Source: Mizuhopecten yessoensis | Lineage: Eukaryota | Assembly: GCF_002113885.1 (NCBI RefSeq) | Contig: NW_018479932.1 | Location: forward strand, 67,640-131,639 | Reading direction: 5' to 3' | Length of the DNA: 64,000 nucleotides | Part shown: positions 14,555-25,998 of the stretch, piece after piece | Position numbering within the stretch: position 1 is the stretch's first letter | Layout of the letters: every line of letters begins with the position of its first letter | The notes under the pieces: model-generated | Database searches by the model: none | The model's input: the letters and a program-made list of their open reading frames with translations, nothing else | Told to the model about the DNA's origin: nothing | Position numbers and translations under genes: made by a program

Positions 14555-14885
14555 TATTTTACAACGATCAAAAACAAGTTATATAAACTTATATCGATCA
14601 CTCTTGTTAGCCCGGATGTTAGCACGCAGGGGTCTTCATTTGGGAGGAAGGAAACCAGAGGACCCGGATCGGAAAACCCACTTGTACTGGCAGCTGACTC
14701 CATATACCTTTTCATGTCCGATCGGGAATCGAACCCCGGTCGTCTTGGTGAAAGGTGATTAGCCGGAGAAATCAACGTGGTCGGGCAGGTGACTCCATAC
14801 CTATTCACGTCCGATCGGGGAGTCGAACTCTGGTCGTCTTGGAGAAAGGCGAGCGCGATATCCACTGCGCCACCCGAACACCCCA
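14555..14885 (-). mobile_element. tRNA-derived V-domain SINE (family A) with an internal duplication of the B-box segment
   Basis: Minus strand: A box tggcgcagtgg; B box gttcgactcc, then a second caccaagacgaccggggttcgattcc; V-like gtgggttttc..cgggtcctctggtttcct; tail ataagtttatataacttgt..aataaa. Confidence 0.85.
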
Positions 14886-15269
14886 GTAGTGCCCTGGATG
14901 GTCGAGACCCTCCCTCCATGTTATTTTCCTCCAATATCTACTTGTACCGACGTTTTAAACTGTCAAACTGTACGTTAACCGACCCCAGAAAATCTGTTAA
15001 TTCTATTACTAGTAAATAACCTGCGTTAAAGTTGTATTTTACTTCAAAAGTTACACTGTTTTTACGAGATCGTCGACGAAGTCGATACGCTCTTCAAATC
15101 GTTTTTCGTTCTTAAGAAGATTTAAGCATAATCAAAAAAATTATTCATTCTAAAATTTAGAAATCGACAGATATTCAAATGTATTACGCTTTTAGAAACA
15201 GACACGGAGTCGATGTTTGTTTTGCTGTTTATATTAGGGCAGACCTTTTCGCATCCTTATTTCTCTCAG

Positions 15270-15390
15270 TTGACCCCCTGTGACCTTGAAAGTAGGTCGA
15301 AGTCATTTTCAATCTTAAACTTTTGTCCGACTCTACCCGAGGAAGCAACCAGCCAAATATGAAGATTCTATCCCTTTCAGTTCTTCAGGA
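15270..15390. repeat. Fragment of the tgaccttga..aggtca-type bivalve satellite monomer often carried by Helentron-type elements
   Basis: ttgaccccctgtgaccttgaaagtaggtcgaagtca..gccaaatatgaagattcta resembles recalled motifs of this repeat class. Single degenerate copy. Confidence 0.4.
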
Positions 15391-15894
15391 TGGTCAATGC
15401 CCTGTGTACTCCCGTCTGTACACAATTAACGGTTAAAGCTATCAAATATCTGTTTGTGTGTTCATTGGATTCGTGAATGTTGATGCACTGACTTAGCCAT
15501 ATGTTAGCTATCTCTGTGAGGTTGTTTTTAGACTAGATTGGAATTCTTTTTTCACGATCTCATTAATACTTACATGAAGTAATGTTAGTAACATCAATTT
15601 CGTGTTACTTACATATATGTAACATAAAAATCAACTTTATTTATTCTTCGGAAAATTTGAGTCACAACCTTTTTTTTTGAAAACTTAATATTTGCTAACT
15701 TTATGAATTCGCTTAATAGGTTCATTTGAATGTTTTCAAATAACTTGTTTTTAATACCGATGAAAATAACTTCAGTGTTAATGATTAATCTTATGTAATT
15801 GCTTTGAAAATATAATATGACCTAAACATGGTTTAAACTGATTTGAGTAATTGGTATGAAACAAATTAAAGAAACAAATGATCTGTTGATAATA

Positions 15895-16200
15895 TTTAAT
15901 AATAATAAATAATTCGAGGTTCTAATATACCGCTTTATCACTACCTAGTTCGTATGTCGTCTCAAAGCGGTTCATAAAATTATTATCCGTGGTTATAGGG
16001 CCTTTGCAACCAGCAAATATCTCTCTCAACTCCCTGGGGAGCATACAGCCGATGCTGCTGCTGCATTTACAGCTGAGTAGACTGGAACAAGCGGAGTAAA
16101 GTATCTTGTTCAAAGATACAACACAGTGCCGTGTCGTGACTCGAACCCGCAACCCTTCGTTCACGAGCCCGCCGTCCTAGCACTAGACTATCGTCCCTCC
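15895..16200 (-). mobile_element. tRNA-derived CORE-type SINE
   Basis: Minus strand: A box tagtctagtg; B box ggttcgagtc; CORE-like gtgttgtatctttgaacaagatactttactcc..ctcagctgtaaatg; tail aaccgctttgag..gataaagcggtatattag..(tta)n. Confidence 0.8.
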
Positions 16201-16554
16201 TGGAATACGTTTTTATCTAAATTCAAGATATTGGATACAAAAATGAATACAAATAGTAGAAGAAGTGTGAACACACATTGTAATGTTAAAAATCGGTCGT
16301 TTGAAACAGTGTGACAATATTGGGTAATTGATTCAGCTGTTCAAATATAACTAGATCGATCTATTTACATGACATTCTACCATATAGTGGGCTTAATTGA
16401 TCATATGTTGACTATACTGCTACATGTAGAGCAGTCGCATGGGAAATCAGGTCGGATACTTCAACATGCATTTGTAGTTTACAAGGGTGTAATGTTTGAC
16501 AGATTAAACATGATTCTTCCTTTGATTGTTGCAACAGGATAGATAATGAGTACA

Positions 16555-17620
16555 TACAGTGGAATTCTAAAAATCCTTTGAGTAGGTATAGCGGAATTCC
16601 GACCTATTTTTGCTCTGGGTATATATACATGTATATTGCTACTCTGAACTTCCATTTAACTGGTTGATTATTGTTTCGAAATACCATGGTGATTGTTAAA
16701 TGGTATGCCATACTTCTATAGAGTTACTTAAGAGTTAAAAAAAAACACTTAAAAATAAATTCCACTCTTTCTGAGTTGGTAAAATGGTACTCCACACTTC
16801 TATGGAGTTATACAGAGTTGGTAAAAAATATATTCCACGTTTTTGAGTTGGTAAAATGGTATTCCACACTATTTTTGAGTTATAGAGATTTGGTAAAAAA
16901 TATATTCCACTCTTTCTGAGTTAGTAAAATGGTATTCCACACTTCTATAGAGTTATTTAGTGTTGGTAAAAAGAAATTCCACACTTATGAGTTGGTAAAA
17001 TTGTATTACGCATGTCTTTTGAGGTGGAAAAACCTTATTCAGTTGGTAAAATGTTAGTTATCATTTCGGTGGAGTTTCAAAATGGTATTTCAACCTTTAA
17101 ATGAGCTGGTGAAAACTTCATCAGTTTGTAAAATCACACGCCACACTTTTTTGAGTTGGTAAAATGGAATTCCACATTTCTACTGCGTTCGTAAAAATAT
17201 ATTCCGCACTTCGTTTGAGCTGGTTAATTAATATTCCGAACTTCTTTTGAGTGGGAAAAACAGTATTCCACACTGTTATATTGAGTTGGTAGAATGGTAG
17301 CCTGATAATGAATTTGTTTAGTGACATTCCGATCTCTTATGGAAATGCAAAAATAGTATTCCGAACTTCTGTATACCTGGTAAATGAAATTTCCGAACTT
17401 ACATGTTGTAGGTACATAAGGAATTCAGAATTTCCACTCAATTAGTGCAAATGTAATTCAATTTTTTCCCCGAAAACCTTATTGGCAGGTAATATGGTAT
17501 TCCGAGCCGTTTCATTAAGTTCACAGAGCTGGCTAACATGCGTTTGATCGTCGAATGAGCGCCAAATTCACAGAATATATTTGTTATAGCTATTATTTAC
17601 GGAATGTCTTTTTTGTAGTG
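16555..17620. mobile_element. Degenerate repeat tract (gagttggtaaaatggtattccacact-type units) ending in a possible CACTA/EnSpm terminus
   Basis: More than 15 degenerate copies of gagttggtaaaa / attcc(a/g)(c/a)act. The right end ttttttgtagtg|ta is the reverse complement of CACTACAAAAAA. No matching left terminus was found. Confidence 0.45.
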
Positions 17621-17888
17621 TATTGACATAACAAGAAGATTTCTATAAAATACATTGATTGCGAATATGTTCAAGTTGTGATACGGTTAAGTTTTACGTG
17701 TATATTAAGAACGAAAAACGATTTGAAGAGCGTACCCACTTCGTCGACGACCTACATAGTAGGTACAGTGTATTTTTTTTTACAGTAAAACCAAATTGTC
17801 GTCGGTTTACGTACAGTTTGTCAGTTTATAATGTTGGTACATGGAGATATATGTAATGGAGGCAGATAACATGGAAATGGGGCACTAC

Positions 17889-18112
17889 TGGGGTGGTCGG
17901 GTGGCGCAATGGATATCGCACTCGCCTTTCACCAAGACGACGAGGGTTCGATTCCCCAATCGGACATAAAAAGGTATGGAGTCACCTGCCCGATCACGTG
18001 GGTTTTCTCCGGGTACTCCGGTTTCCTCCTACATTAAGACTCCCTGCGCGCTAACATCCGGGCAAACAAGAGTGACTAGTATAAGTTGAAATAATTTGTT
18101 TCATAACTGTTG
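17889..18112 (+). mobile_element. tRNA-derived V-domain SINE (family A), nearly full length
   Basis: A box tggcgcaatgg; B box ggttcgattcc; V domain cacgtgggttttctccgggtactccggtttcctcc; tail gagtgactagtataagttgaaataatttgtt. Confidence 0.9.
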
Positions 18113-18219
18113 ATTTCAGTACCGATAGTGTATCGCGATACAGGCAAACAAAACTATTCAAAACGATACACAAAAAAGTATCGCGATACGATACGATGTT
18201 ATATGTCGTTGCAGCCTTA
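18113..18219. mobile_element. hAT-type MITE remnant truncating the SINE tail
   Basis: Repeated gtatcgcgatac/cgatac motifs and a terminus tcgttgcagcctta, resembling the reverse complement of TAGGGCTGCAACGA. Confidence 0.4.
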
Positions 18220-18974
18220 GTGTTTAATTTATTTAAATCTAACATTACATATTTCAGTAGTGTGCTTTTTATTGAATACTGTGTAAACACAGAGAAAATA
18301 ATAATATTATTTGTACAGAGAGATAATTTGCTTATTTACATTAATCAGGAATCTGAAATTGAAAAATTTAGAACAAAGAACCATTTTATGTCTGTCTTAA
18401 ATTTGACAGCTTTTTCAACATTTTTTCCAACATGGTATTAAGTTAAAACCCTCTCAAATGCAATGAGTACTACATGTTTCTTTCACATATATATTGTATC
18501 AAAATAAAACCATATACCTGATAAATGCTTTGGAACTCTCGTTGATTCAGTTTTAGAGTCTTCCGTCAGTGATGCTCTTAATACCGACCACTAGAGCATT
18601 GCCAGAGACTTATAACACACTTTATACATGCTTGCATACCCAATAAATCAGACTTACACTAGCCATTTATCTTATCCGTACGGACATTTATACATTCAAT
18701 ACATCCAAACAACTTTTATCACACTTTTAAAACGCATTCATTTCAACCTATTTGATAAGTCAATTGTAATAGGTTTTATGGCCATTATTGGCACGTGACA
18801 CGTGCACGTGATTAGCACACCTTATAATAGACTGAGTTACGAGACAGCCACTGTATCTGGGATCAGTCTAATGTCTCTATATACCCTTATTACGAGGTCA
18901 GCATCCTCGTCAGCGTTCCTACATGCTGATATCACTGGAATGCAAAACATTTTAAAAATCGTATGATAATTGAA

Positions 18975-19635
18975 TCTTTTGGCGTCTTCTCATGCAGTTC
19001 CTGTTGTTTCTTTTCCTTTTGGTGTGGTGTCTCCTCGGTTCCTGTTGTTGTTTTTCCTCTTGTTTTGGCGTCTCCTCGGTTCTTGTTGTTGCTTTTCCTT
19101 TTGTTTTGGCGTCTCCTGTGTTTCCGTTGTTTCTTTTCTTTTTGTTTTGGTGTCTCCTCGGTTTCCGTTGTTGTTTTCCTTTTGTTTTGGCGTCTCATCG
19201 GTTTCCGTTGTTGCTTTTTCTTTTATTTTTTAGGGTCTTCTCTGTTTCCATTGTTGCTTTTTCTTTTGTTTTGGCGTCTCCTATGGTCCTCTTGTTGCTT
19301 TTTCATTTGGCGCTTTTGGCGTCTTCTCTGTTTCCATTGTTGCTTCTCCTTTTGTTTTGGCGTCTCATATGGTCCTCTTGTTGCTTTTTCTTTTGTTTTG
19401 GCGTCTCCTCGGTTTCTGTTGTTGCTAATTGTTTGTTTTGATGTCTCCTCAGTTCCTGCAGTTGCCCTCCTTTCGTGTTGGTGTCTCCTTAATTCTTGTT
19501 GTTGTCTTTCTTTTGTTTTGGCGTCTCCTAAGTTCCCGTTGTTGCTTTTCCTTTTTACTTTGGCATCTCCTCACTTTATGTTGTCGTGTGTTTCTGTTGT
19601 GATGTCTCGTCAGATTCTGTTTATATTGTTTCCCT
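18975..19635. repeat. Degenerate minisatellite, about 39-40-bp unit ttttgttttggcgtctcctcggtttccgttgttgctttcc, about 16 copies
   Basis: Periodic ttttgttttggcgtctc anchors. This repeat explains the Leu/Phe-rich spurious ORFs here. Confidence 0.9.
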
Positions 19636-21688
19636 TTTGTTTTGTTGTTTGATTGGTTCCTGATGATGTCCGCCTTTCGTTTTGTTGTCTGATTGGTTCC
19701 TGATGGTGTCCGCCTTTTGTTTTGTTATCTGATTGGTTCCTGATGGTGTCCGCCTTTTGTTTTGTTGTCTGATTGGTTCCTGATGGTGTCCGCCTTTTGT
19801 TTTGTTGTCTGATTGGTTCCTGATGGTGTCCGCCTTTTGTTTTGTTGTCTGATTGGTTCCTGATGGTGTCCGCCTTTTGTTTTGTTGTCTGATTGGTTCC
19901 TGATGGTGTCCGCCTTTTGTTTTGTTGTCTGATTGGTTCCTGATGGTGTCCGCCTTTTGTTTTGTTGTCTGATTGGTTCCTGATGGTGTCCGCCTTTTGT
20001 TTTGTTGTCTGATTGGTTCCTGATGGTGTCCGCCTTTTGTTTTGTTGTCTGATTGGTTCCTGATGGTGTCCGCCTTTTGTTTTGTTGTCTGATTGGTTCC
20101 TGATGGTGTCCGCCTTTTGTTTTGTTGTCTGATTGGTTCCTGATGGTGTCCGCCTTTTGTTTTGTTGTCTGATTGGTTCCTGATGGTGTCCGCCTTTTGT
20201 TTTGTTGTCTGATTGGTTCCTGATGGTGTCCGCCTTTTGTTTTGTTGTCTGATTGGTTCCTGATGGTGTCCGCCTTTTGTTTTGTTGTCTGATTGGTTCC
20301 TGATGGTGTCCGCCTTTTGTTTTGTTGTCTGATTGGTTCCTGATGGTGTCCGCCTTTTGTTTTGTTGTCTGATTGGTTCCTGATGGTGTCCGCCTTTTGT
20401 TTTGTTGTCTGATTGGTTCCTGATGGTGTCCGCCTTTTGTTTTGTTGTCTGATTGGTTCCTGATGGTGTCCGCCTTTTGTTTTGTTGTCTGATTGGTTCC
20501 TGATGGTGTCCGCCTTTTGTTTTGTTGTCTGATTGGTTCCTGATGGTGTCCGCCTTTTGTTTTGTTGTCTGATTGGTTCCTGATGGTGTCCGCCTTTTGT
20601 TTTGTTGTCTGATTGGTTCCTGATGGTGTCCGCCTTTTGTTTTGTTGTCTGATTGGTTCCTGATGGTGTCCGCCTTTTGTTTTGTTGTCTGATTGGTTCC
20701 TGATGGTGTCCGCCTTTTGTTTTGTTGTCTGATTGGTTCCTGATGGTGTCCGCCTTTTGTTTTGTTGTCTGATTGGTTCCTGATGGTGTCCGCCTTTTGT
20801 TTTGTTGTCTGATTGGTTCCTGATGGTGTCCGCCTTTTGTTTTGTTGTCTGATTGGTTCCTGATGGTGTCCGCCTTTTGTTTTGTTGTCTGATTGGTTCC
20901 TGATGGTGTCCGCCTTTTGTTTTGTTGTCTGATTGGTTCCTGATGGTGTCCGCCTTTTGTTTTGTTGTCTGATTGGTTCCTGATGGTGTCCGCCTTTTGT
21001 TTTGTTGTCTGATTGGTTCCTGATGGTGTCCGCCTTTTGTTTTGTTGTCTGATTGGTTCCTGATGGTGTCCGCCTTTTGTTTTGTTGTCTGATTGGTTCC
21101 TGATGGTGTCCGCCTTTTGTTTTGTTGTCTGATTGGTTCCTGATGGTGTCCGCCTTTTGTTTTGTTGTCTGATTGGTTCCTGATGGTGTCCGCCTTTTGT
21201 TTTGTTGTCTGATTGGTTCCTGATGGTGTCCGCCTTTTGTTTTGTTGTCTGATTGGTTCCTGATGGTGTCCGCCTTTTGTTTTGTTGTCTGATTGGTTCC
21301 TGATGGTGTCCGCCTTTTGTTTTGTTGTCTGATTGGTTCCTGATGGTGTCCGCCTTTTGTTTTGTTGTCTGATTGGTTCCTGATGGTGTCCGCCTTTTGT
21401 TTTGTTGTCTGATTGGTTCCTGATGGTGTCCGCCTTTTGTTTTGTTGTCTGATTGGTTCCTGATGGTGTCCGCCTTTTGTTTTGTTGTCTGATTGGTTCC
21501 TGATGGTGTCCGCCTTTTGTTTTGTTGTCTGATTGGTTCCTGATGGTGTCCGCCTTTTATTTTGTTGTCTGATTGGTTCCTGATGGTGTCCGCCTTTTGT
21601 TTCTGTTGTCTGATTGGTTCCTGATGGTGTCCGCCTTTTGTTTTGTTGTCTGATTGGTTCCTAATGGTGTCCGCCTTTCGTTTTTGTG
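19636..21688. repeat. Near-perfect 40-bp tandem array ttttgttttgttgtctgattggttcctgatggtgtccgcc, about 51 copies
   Basis: The line pattern repeats exactly every 120 bp (3 units). Variants occur only in the terminal few units. Confidence 0.98.
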
Positions 21689-21952
21689 TTTTTTACTTTC
21701 AATTATATTTTGTTACTGACTTCGATTTTATCAGGATCACAATTTATATGAATTTATCAAAACACCTTTACTCTGATTTAAGCTATTCGATAAGTTTGGA
21801 CACTATTACGGAAGATTAAATTAATATATTAATTTTACAAATACATTCTCTTTCGAATGTTACATGTATATAAGTCAGAAATATCCATGGTGAGTGGCGG
21901 TAGCTGTATTGATTAAATTTCAAAAATTACTTTATTGCGTTGGATATGAGTA

Positions 21953-22510
21953 CAATCTGATTAAAATCATCTGTTACATGGCTCCGCCTGAACATCTGAA
22001 TGTGCCGCGGTCAGGGTCACGTTCATGTGACCTTTAGATGAACCAATCAGAGGCGCGCTGGCAAAAGTTTGCCAGCGAATCGGAATATCATGGTTGATAG
22101 ATAAATAGCGAGGGGTATCGTACAGATTAGTTTTCCAAAACAAATATGGCGGCGGCAACTGACGCTTTTACGACGCCAAGGAAAACGTACCCATTGGGTA
22201 ATAATTGTGTAGGCAACACCGCCATACAGTCTTTCTTCTCTAATAAAGCTTCGAGTATCTTTTTCTGTTCGGGTTTCAGACGATCAATCTCAAATAACTC
22301 CAGAACTTTCGCATCATTCTCATCAATGTCCGCCATAATTGTTATAACTCCGATCGCCCTTTTGAAAGAGGGTCTCTGATTGGTCAAAATTTAATGAGTA
22401 TTTATAAATATAAAGGTCACCTGAACGTGACCCTGACCGCGGCACACTCAGATGTTCAGGCGTAGTACGAAGTTAACGAAGCCATGACACATATGATTTT
22501 AATCAGATTG
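21953..22510. mobile_element. Internally deleted DNA transposon, AcademH-like (helicase-encoding Academ lineage)
   Basis: TIRs of about 85 and 100 bp (caatctgattaaaatcat..gcctgaacatctga.tgtgccgcggtcagggtcacgttca.gtgaccttta). Perfect 10-bp TSD gatatgagta at 21943-21952 and 22511-22520. Contains a RecQ-like helicase N-terminus. Confidence 0.85.
22208..22336 (-). pseudogene. N-terminal fragment of a RecQ-like SF2 helicase inside the transposon
   Basis: MADIDENDAKVLELFEIDRLKPEQKKILEALLEKKDCMAVLPT matches the F..L(K/R)P.Q..L..KD..AVLPT(G.GKS) pattern (motif 0/Q and start of Walker A). It breaks exactly before GxGKS. Confidence 0.75.
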
Positions 22511-23904
22511 GATATGAGTATTACCAGTATCGTATCAATACATTACGTGTACCGTTCTTTTGCAGTAATAACGGTATCCATAGTACCGTACAAGATAATG
22601 ACGCGCATCTTTTTAATCAAATGAAATAATATCCTGTCGGAGCAAGCATCATTAATGAACTAAAAGCTTCAGTTGAATTTGGTTTGTGTTTTACGTCCTA
22701 TTACCAACTATGATCTTTTAAGGAGTTTCCACCCTTCGTAATACACATGTTTTTTCTTTTCGTATTTTCGTGTCGTCATTTCCGTATTGCGTATCGGGCA
22801 TTCCATTACCGTGGTGTAAATTATAGTAACACCGGGTAAACAATAGTACACGTGCGTGACGATGATATGTCAACACCCGATATCGAGACTTAACTTGGAA
22901 ATGTGTGATCACACTTACTTCAGAAATAAAGCTTATGATACAAAGACATTAATTAACTCACGGGCAAACACTGACATATGATCAGACGACTTCCAAGAAG
23001 GTCGTATATGAGGCGCATGGAATGCAGACTGATGTGTTTTGTTTACCGACCTCACCTGTACGTATCACGTGCTAACAGTAGTTCACAAGCTCTTGGTCGC
23101 TACGACTTTTGTTGTCGAGCGAGTTACGCTCTGTCAGATAAATCGGTTCACAAATGCAATTACAATAACTCTGTTAAAAAGTGGTTTGTAAAATATCAAG
23201 ATCCCTATAAAATGCAAGTGCATGTGCGTGCACGTAATAACGGCATACCATGCGATAGCCTATGGTTACATATGTACCTGACATGTTAATATACCATGCG
23301 TAAGCAGGCTATGGAATGATGTCCAAAGTGTACATGATTGAGAGTAATTTTGTTCCATAAAAGAACAGTAAATTGACAATTAAATCTAGTAATTTAAATT
23401 ACTTCCGTCGTTTTTTGGTATAGTAAAGAAAATAAGTGTCATTGTATAAATTCTATCCCTCTGAAAAAAGTTCCGTTTTTTTTCAAGGTAGACAACTCTC
23501 ATCAGGATCAAAATTATTGTGAAATGTAAAAAAAAAAAAAAATTATAAAGACTTTGTGTGCATTTGGGTCAATTTTTCAGTCTTTTTGTATGAAACTATG
23601 TGTCCTGTTTGCTTTTAGCTTGTATTTAGTAACTGTTATCCATACAATTTCAATACAAAACGCTTTTTGTAACATGTTGTAGATATTTTATGATAAATAA
23701 AATATTTGTAGGGTTGATTAGCAATGTTTCTTTTTATTATTTTATTGTTGTTATAGTTTGAACAATGCCACACGCTCAAAAAATGTAAAAGTATTGAATT
23801 TGACAAAAATTCAATATTTCGATATTTTTTACAAAAAAATCCCCAGTTCATCGGAATGCTTAGATTTTCAAAAAATCGTCTCTACATAGTGACATAACCA
23901 TCAT

Positions 23905-24180
23905 GTGAAACTTTCATTGAATTCTTCTGGCTAATTGCGAAAGGGTGGAGCCTCCTTAAGGACAGATCAGGTTTTAATGATTGAGGAAATCCGGAGTACC
24001 TGGAGAAAAACCACCGAACTGCGGCTAGTACCTTGAATCTGCCCCAAGTAGGGTTCGAACCCACGACCTAACAGTACCTGGCGACTGCGCCACGTTGGGC
24101 TCGAACCCACGACCCAATTGGCGGAAGGCTAGTGATCGTAGACGGTGAGACGCCTTAACCACTCGGCCACCGCGGCCCCC
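23905..24180 (-). mobile_element. tRNA-derived V-domain SINE (family B) with a duplicated B-box segment
   Basis: Minus strand: ggggccgcggtggccgagtggttaaggcg (A box); ggtcgtgggttcga..caggtact present twice; then cggtggtttttctccaggtactccgg. Homologous to 44351-44572. Confidence 0.85.
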
Positions 24181-24736
24181 TTCAGTTGAAACATAGGTTA
24201 GACTTAGGCTCTTCATAATACTACTGTCAGTTTGTTTTGTTTTCTGAAACATTCTACTTAAAAACCCATTTTTCAATATCTTGATAAAAGTACGTTCCTT
24301 CTACTTCCTTCAATGAAATACTTTTGGATTATTTGCAGTCTGAAGTTGTAAAGAACAGAAATTCTGTGTGAAATCTTAACTCACCAACCTACTTGCTGTA
24401 GTTAATTGTATTTGGGTCGACAACAAACGAGAAATGTACGTTGATTCCTGTTTGTATAACGAAGTACTTTGATATGAGAGCCAAACGAAATGTGATGCCA
24501 TCATCAAAAAAAGGTCAAAACTGTTAAAGTACAGATAAACCCAAATATTGATTAAATTCAACATACACTAAAGATGAAAAAGATACTACTTACACGATAA
24601 TAAGATTGTATTAAAGGTTATTATTGGTTCACACCTTAACTTGTTAGACTGATTCTAAAATAAATAATAAGTTACACCTGTGAGTCGTGAACAGAGAAAA
24701 CATTTCCTTTGTACAGACATTACACTAAGGGAAATA

Positions 24737-24876
24737 CAGTAAAACCTCGCTATACTGCCACCGTTTGACGAATTATAGTTTGGCGTTATAAATAGGTTTG
24801 GCGATTTATAGAGAGACACGTGTATTGAAAGCGAGGTGCCAAGAAAAACTAAAGGCATTATATTGAGGATTTCCTG
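24737..24876. mobile_element. Tc1/mariner (pogo/Tigger-type) MITE
   Basis: ta|cagtaaaacctcgctatactgcc ... ggcattatattgaggatttcctg. Second copy at 56070. Confidence 0.7.
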
Positions 24877-25998
24877 TCTATAAACGATAAATGATACTTT
24901 TATCTTGAGAACAGTTATTTCTTCAATATTTTTTAGCTGCTTACCATATGCATGGTATTTCGTATGTAAAGACAGTAAGTCCTCGTATACGGAATTGAGC
25001 CTAACGTGTTTTTCAATGCGATGAGCGAGGAGGTTGGATTATTTTTCTCGTCAGATTTTTTGTCAACGATCTCGTCATGCTGGATCTTTGCTTCATGGTC
25101 TACGGTTAAATTTGGTGAGATGTAATTTACTTAAAACCGGTATGTTTCCCAAGACAATAAGATATTCAGACGTTCTACATGCAAGCGCTTCTTCTTTGCA
25201 GACGTCGGGTCACCGTGGCGTTTGACTTAGACGTGGGGAAATGTTGATGGTCCGAGGGTCAAACTAAATCGTCCCCCAACGGACTTCAATCTCCGGACAT
25301 GATCCCAACCTGTCTGGGTCGAATTGACGGTTTTCCCTTACAAATATGTAAAATGACAGATAATTGACCGTGCATTCATTTATATGTATGAAAGAAATAA
25401 AATCGATCGAAAACGGATATAGACAATAGCATGATACAAGGATATAACATTCAATCGAAACTTGAGTCTTCTTTTCTGATACGTTTCTACGCTTGTATCC
25501 GACTCTCCGTTTCCTCTTTTAAAACCAGATATTGTTTTGATTACATTATAGGAATCTGTGTGTTGTAAACACTTATTGATATAACCAATGTAGATGATAT
25601 TGCACGTGCCTATTACGTACTATATAAGGAACTGACTGCGTTCCATACGTTTAACATTAATACAACCCTTCTCTTGTTCAAGCATTAACTGTTAATTCAA
25701 AACAATTATTGCAACTTCCTGAAATATCTCGCAAAACTATAAAAAAGTAAAGTATAGCCATCTTAAGCGGATTAAGGCTTCATACAAATGCGGAAATTTT
25801 GAATAATAACAAGGAATTTGGTTCGAGCACAGAATCTGAGTTTGAGCATGTGAGAAAGGTTCCATAAATACGGGCTTTGCACAAAATATTACGTATCTGC
25901 ATAATAGAAATAACAGGGGACTAGTTTGAAAACCAAAGTATATATATGTATGTAAACGACTTCTGTGCCATGGAGATAATTTCTTGGCCCATGTGTGC

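Noticed and set aside
17889-17960. Functional tRNA genes (also near 24180, 44351 and 16200)
   Set aside because: A/B boxes are present, but they run into SINE cores and tails and lack a complete cloverleaf acceptor stem.
18932-19652. Leu/Phe-rich 'membrane protein' ORFs
   Set aside because: They are translations of a T-rich minisatellite open in several frames.
19636-21688. CRISPR-like regular repeat
   Set aside because: Units are head-to-tail with no unique spacers, there are no cas genes, and the context is eukaryotic.
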